Below, one piece after another: positions 61,184 through 64,000 of a stretch of DNA of 64,000 nt. The stretch spans positions 291,425 to 355,424 of the forward strand of contig CAZCCG010000001.1 in NCBI GenBank assembly GCA_964497535.1. The letters are read 5' to 3'. Made by a program: the position numbers and the translations under genes. Numbering within the stretch: position 1 is the stretch's first letter; each line of letters opens with the position of its first letter. The notes beneath the pieces are model-generated. The model saw only the letters and a list, made by a program, of their open reading frames with translations. It had not been told where the DNA came from and made no database searches. The stretch comes from an uncultured Gammaproteobacteria bacterium. GTDB taxonomy: Bacteria; Patescibacteriota; Microgenomatia; Levybacterales; UBA12049.

Positions 61184-63754
61184 ATGGATAAGCTTTTCTC
61201 GCAAGATCGTCATTTATTACAGCATCCAAAACCTATCGTTTTGGCAATGCTTGGAATATTTATCCTCAGTGCTATTCTTATTTTTGCGGTATTGTTTTAT
61301 AAAACAATACCTCCAGAAAATTCTCCACTTCTTGCAGTTCCTACTCCTATTCCACAACAGTATGGGGTTAAAACTCCATCTGGAATTGTACAAGCCCCTC
61401 AGGTAAAATTCCAGCAATATATAATACCCTCTAATCAACCTGTTATACCAACCCCTGTTGTTTCATATCTATTGAAAAATGTATTTTCGGATCAAGATGT
61501 GAAATCTTTTGCCGGCAAGATTGGTCTTGAGGAATATACAACTTCGGGGCAACAGGCAACGGTATACAATACTACCGATAAAAATAAGCGGGGGATTTTA
61601 ACATTTGACAAGAATACTGGTGCATTTTTTTACCAATCGTATGGGATGTGGAAACCTCAGGGTATTATTTCCACCAAACCCCTGAGCAATGCATCGGTGG
61701 TACTTCATCAACTTGGATTAGATGATACTGGTATTATTTGTACGACAACGTACCGGCAAAAACAATTCCCAACGCTTACTTTTGTAGAATGCCATAGGGA
61801 TTGGAATACATTAGGGGAACCTCTTGTGAATCTAGGAGGAGTATTAAACCTTTCTGAAACCCAAAAAATCCAGCAACTGAAAGTTGGAACACCTGATCCT
61901 CAGGGTCCGTTAAATACATCCATCTATAATGCAAGTGATGGAATGAATGGGAAAGCACGTCCAAATGATTTCAATAGCATAACAATTGGATTTTTTCCTG
62001 AAGGAAGTGTCTATTCGATTACTTCAAACCTAAGGTGGATCACAAATAAAACTTCTATTCCCTCCAGTGACATCATATCTTTCCAGGATGCATTGTCACA
62101 GATAAAACAAAACAAAGCAACCTTTTCATTGACGCTTCCTGCCGGAACAGGAACTATAGATTTTACCAAAGTTTATCCTAACAATGTTGCACGTGGAGAT
62201 ATAGCAACTGTGACAGATATAGCACTTATTTATTTAGAAAAACCGGAAAATACCCAGCAAGATTCTTATATTCCCTTCTATCTCATTCGGGGAACCTCAC
62301 AGCTTACCTCTGGCTATACCGTAAAGTTTGTCCAGGTAGTCCCGGCGCAAAAAAGTTTACTTTCACAAAAGAATAAGCGGGTAGTTGCAGGCGTACAGAC
62401 ATCATTATTGGCAGGAAATCCCATACAGATTGGTTCTTTTACCCCTCCTCCAACTCAATCTCCAATTCCCACTCCTTTTACAAATCCCACAACAGTTCCT
62501 ACGACACCTATTGTTTCTCCCATTGGTTCTGTACCATCTCAGCAGCCGGTTTCTTCCCCTACACCCACGCCGGTAACCAGTGTTCTTCCGGCTCAGTGTA
62601 CCGGTTCTATTCCACAGGGAACAGATATCACACTTGATATACCTGGGTATGGACAAATGACGATTATTGCTACATTTGAAAGTGGGTATGGGGTTGGTAA
62701 TGGGAATACTGTTAAACATACAATATTTTTTAAAAATACGACCTCTTCTCAGATTGGGATGAATAATTTTAAAGAAGCATTTTTTAGATCTGTTCAAGAA
62801 CAATACCTGATTAGCTTAGCAAAATGGTTAAATTCGGGATATGACACATCCAAACTCAAAACAATTGATGATATGTATACTCTTTTTAATAGTATTAATA
62901 AGCCAGTATCCGGAACAGGAGAGGATTGTGAGTTGATACCCGGTTCCGCGGCTCCGGTTACCCATAGGACAGCATGTACCAGAATTGACCGTGGATATAC
63001 CTATAACTATTCAGCGGCAGAACGAATAGAGTCTGATCTGGCCACACGGGGGCTTCAAATGATCAGAGACAATAAAGTTAATGAAATTGCAAATAAAGCT
63101 GATTTATTTCCGCAAGAAGTCTTAACAGATTTTAGCTGGGTATTTTTCGAGCTGCCTGTAGCCTCTGACCAAAGGACGCTATGTTATATCTCAGGAATAT
63201 CTCCCGTTGTATTTATCTACCCTTTACACCCGATAGCAGTGACTATTACAACACAAATACCAGTTACTTACAGTGATCCTCCCATACAATCCTATACATG
63301 GGATATTACTGCATTACCGGACGGAACAATAAAAATAGGAGAAAACTATACCAGGAAAAATATCTATTATGAATATGATGGAACTCGGGTCATTTTTTCA
63401 CACCCAACTTCAGGATTTGTTATTAAAACGACAGAACTAAAAACCTTTATAACAAGAGACTTAAAACAAAGACTGGGTCTAAATGAACAAGAAGCAACAG
63501 CTCTTTTTGCTGATAGTAAAAATGCCCTGGTCGGAAGGAAAAATACTCCCTATCTTCAGTTGAGTATGGTTTCTCAAGAAGAACTATCTTCTCAGCTACC
63601 GCTTAAGATATTGCCACAACCGGACCATCTTTATAGAATGCATCTTATTATAAAACCATTGAATGAGTTTATTTCAGGATCTAGCCCCGCAGTACCATCA
63701 ATTACCCGCGATGGATTTACGGTGGTTGAAATTGGTGCACGAGTTGATCAATAG
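61184..63754 (+). CDS. Membrane-anchored protein with C-terminal KPxIYLYP-like domain
   Basis: TM, PT-rich linker, SPVVFIYP...YYEYD...LGLN.QE...RDGFTVVEIG. Confidence 0.8.
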   Translation: MDKLFSQDRHLLQHPKPIVLAMLGIFILSAILIFAVLFYKTIPPENSPLLAVPTPIPQQYGVKTPSGIVQAPQVKFQQYIIPSNQPVIPTPVVSYLLKNVFSDQDVKSFAGKIGLEEYTTSGQQATVYNTTDKNKRGILTFDKNTGAFFYQSYGMWKPQGIISTKPLSNASVVLHQLGLDDTGIICTTTYRQKQFPTLTFVECHRDWNTLGEPLVNLGGVLNLSETQKIQQLKVGTPDPQGPLNTSIYNASDGMNGKARPNDFNSITIGFFPEGSVYSITSNLRWITNKTSIPSSDIISFQDALSQIKQNKATFSLTLPAGTGTIDFTKVYPNNVARGDIATVTDIALIYLEKPENTQQDSYIPFYLIRGTSQLTSGYTVKFVQVVPAQKSLLSQKNKRVVAGVQTSLLAGNPIQIGSFTPPPTQSPIPTPFTNPTTVPTTPIVSPIGSVPSQQPVSSPTPTPVTSVLPAQCTGSIPQGTDITLDIPGYGQMTIIATFESGYGVGNGNTVKHTIFFKNTTSSQIGMNNFKEAFFRSVQEQYLISLAKWLNSGYDTSKLKTIDDMYTLFNSINKPVSGTGEDCELIPGSAAPVTHRTACTRIDRGYTYNYSAAERIESDLATRGLQMIRDNKVNEIANKADLFPQEVLTDFSWVFFELPVASDQRTLCYISGISPVVFIYPLHPIAVTITTQIPVTYSDPPIQSYTWDITALPDGTIKIGENYTRKNIYYEYDGTRVIFSHPTSGFVIKTTELKTFITRDLKQRLGLNEQEATALFADSKNALVGRKNTPYLQLSMVSQEELSSQLPLKILPQPDHLYRMHLIIKPLNEFISGSSPAVPSITRDGFTVVEIGARVDQ

Positions 63755-63770
63755 TGTATAATTCCTCTTT

Positions 63771-64000
63771 ATGAATATAATAAAAGATTATCCGTTGGGT
63801 GAAATTCTTTGGTACGAAATTGGCGGCTCTGCAAAGTACCTATTGGAATGTCGTACTCCGGAAGATATCCAGGAATCGTTACGATTTATCCAACAAAACA
63901 ATATCTCCAACTATTTTGTAGCAGGACTGGGAGCAAATCTTCTGGTGTCCGATGCTTATTTTGACGGTGCAGTAATAAAGCTATATAGAGACTCTGATAT
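63771..64000 (+). CDS. murB: UDP-N-acetylmuramate dehydrogenase (5' part)
   Basis: Manual translation: ...WYEIGGSAKY...VAGLGANLLVSD..FDGAVI. Confidence 0.85.
   Translation, partial: MNIIKDYPLGEILWYEIGGSAKYLLECRTPEDIQESLRFIQQNNISNYFVAGLGANLLVSDAYFDGAVIKLYRDSD

Overview
64-kb chromosomal segment (code 11, AT-rich) of a Patescibacteria/CPR bacterium, most likely Microgenomates. This is inferred from a short IF2, a C-terminally truncated AlaRS, an archaeal-type AMP phosphorylase, a CPR-type pilin, a sortase and a baseplate-J-like membrane protein. The housekeeping backbone is tatD, metG, hrcA-grpE-dnaK-dnaJ, nusA-infB-rpsO-pnp-rnj-ftsK, mltG, alaS, rpoB-rpoC-rpsL-rpsG, fusA and murB. No rRNA, tRNA, CRISPR, transposase or prophage was seen. 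Two accessory surface-protein loci are cross-linked by shared motifs. Locus 1 (8.0-23.2 kb) has a pilin, a VirB6-like protein, two atypical Clp/Hsp100 ATPases (one membrane-anchored with a dead first ring), a subtilase and two proteins with a KPxIYLYP-type C-terminal domain. Locus 2 (53.4-58.8 kb, splitting the str operon) has a paralogous subtilase, a dockerin-bearing putative metalloprotease and a cohesin protein, and a third KPxIYLYP protein follows fusA. Key observations: (i) an ungapped 21-aa 4-Cys C-terminal tag shared by two otherwise unrelated proteins; (ii) an Ig-like domain intact in subtilase 1 but split over two genes in locus 2 at a duplicated PTGTQN junction; (iii) a family of 7-nt-periodic intergenic hairpins, two with compensatory changes; (iv) pervasive leaderless promoter architecture; (v) two unannotated small ORFs; (vi) a protease-less Lon ATPase and a dead Q-rich DHH protein embedded among RNA-decay genes. 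All family calls come from motif recognition by eye; no database search was run.
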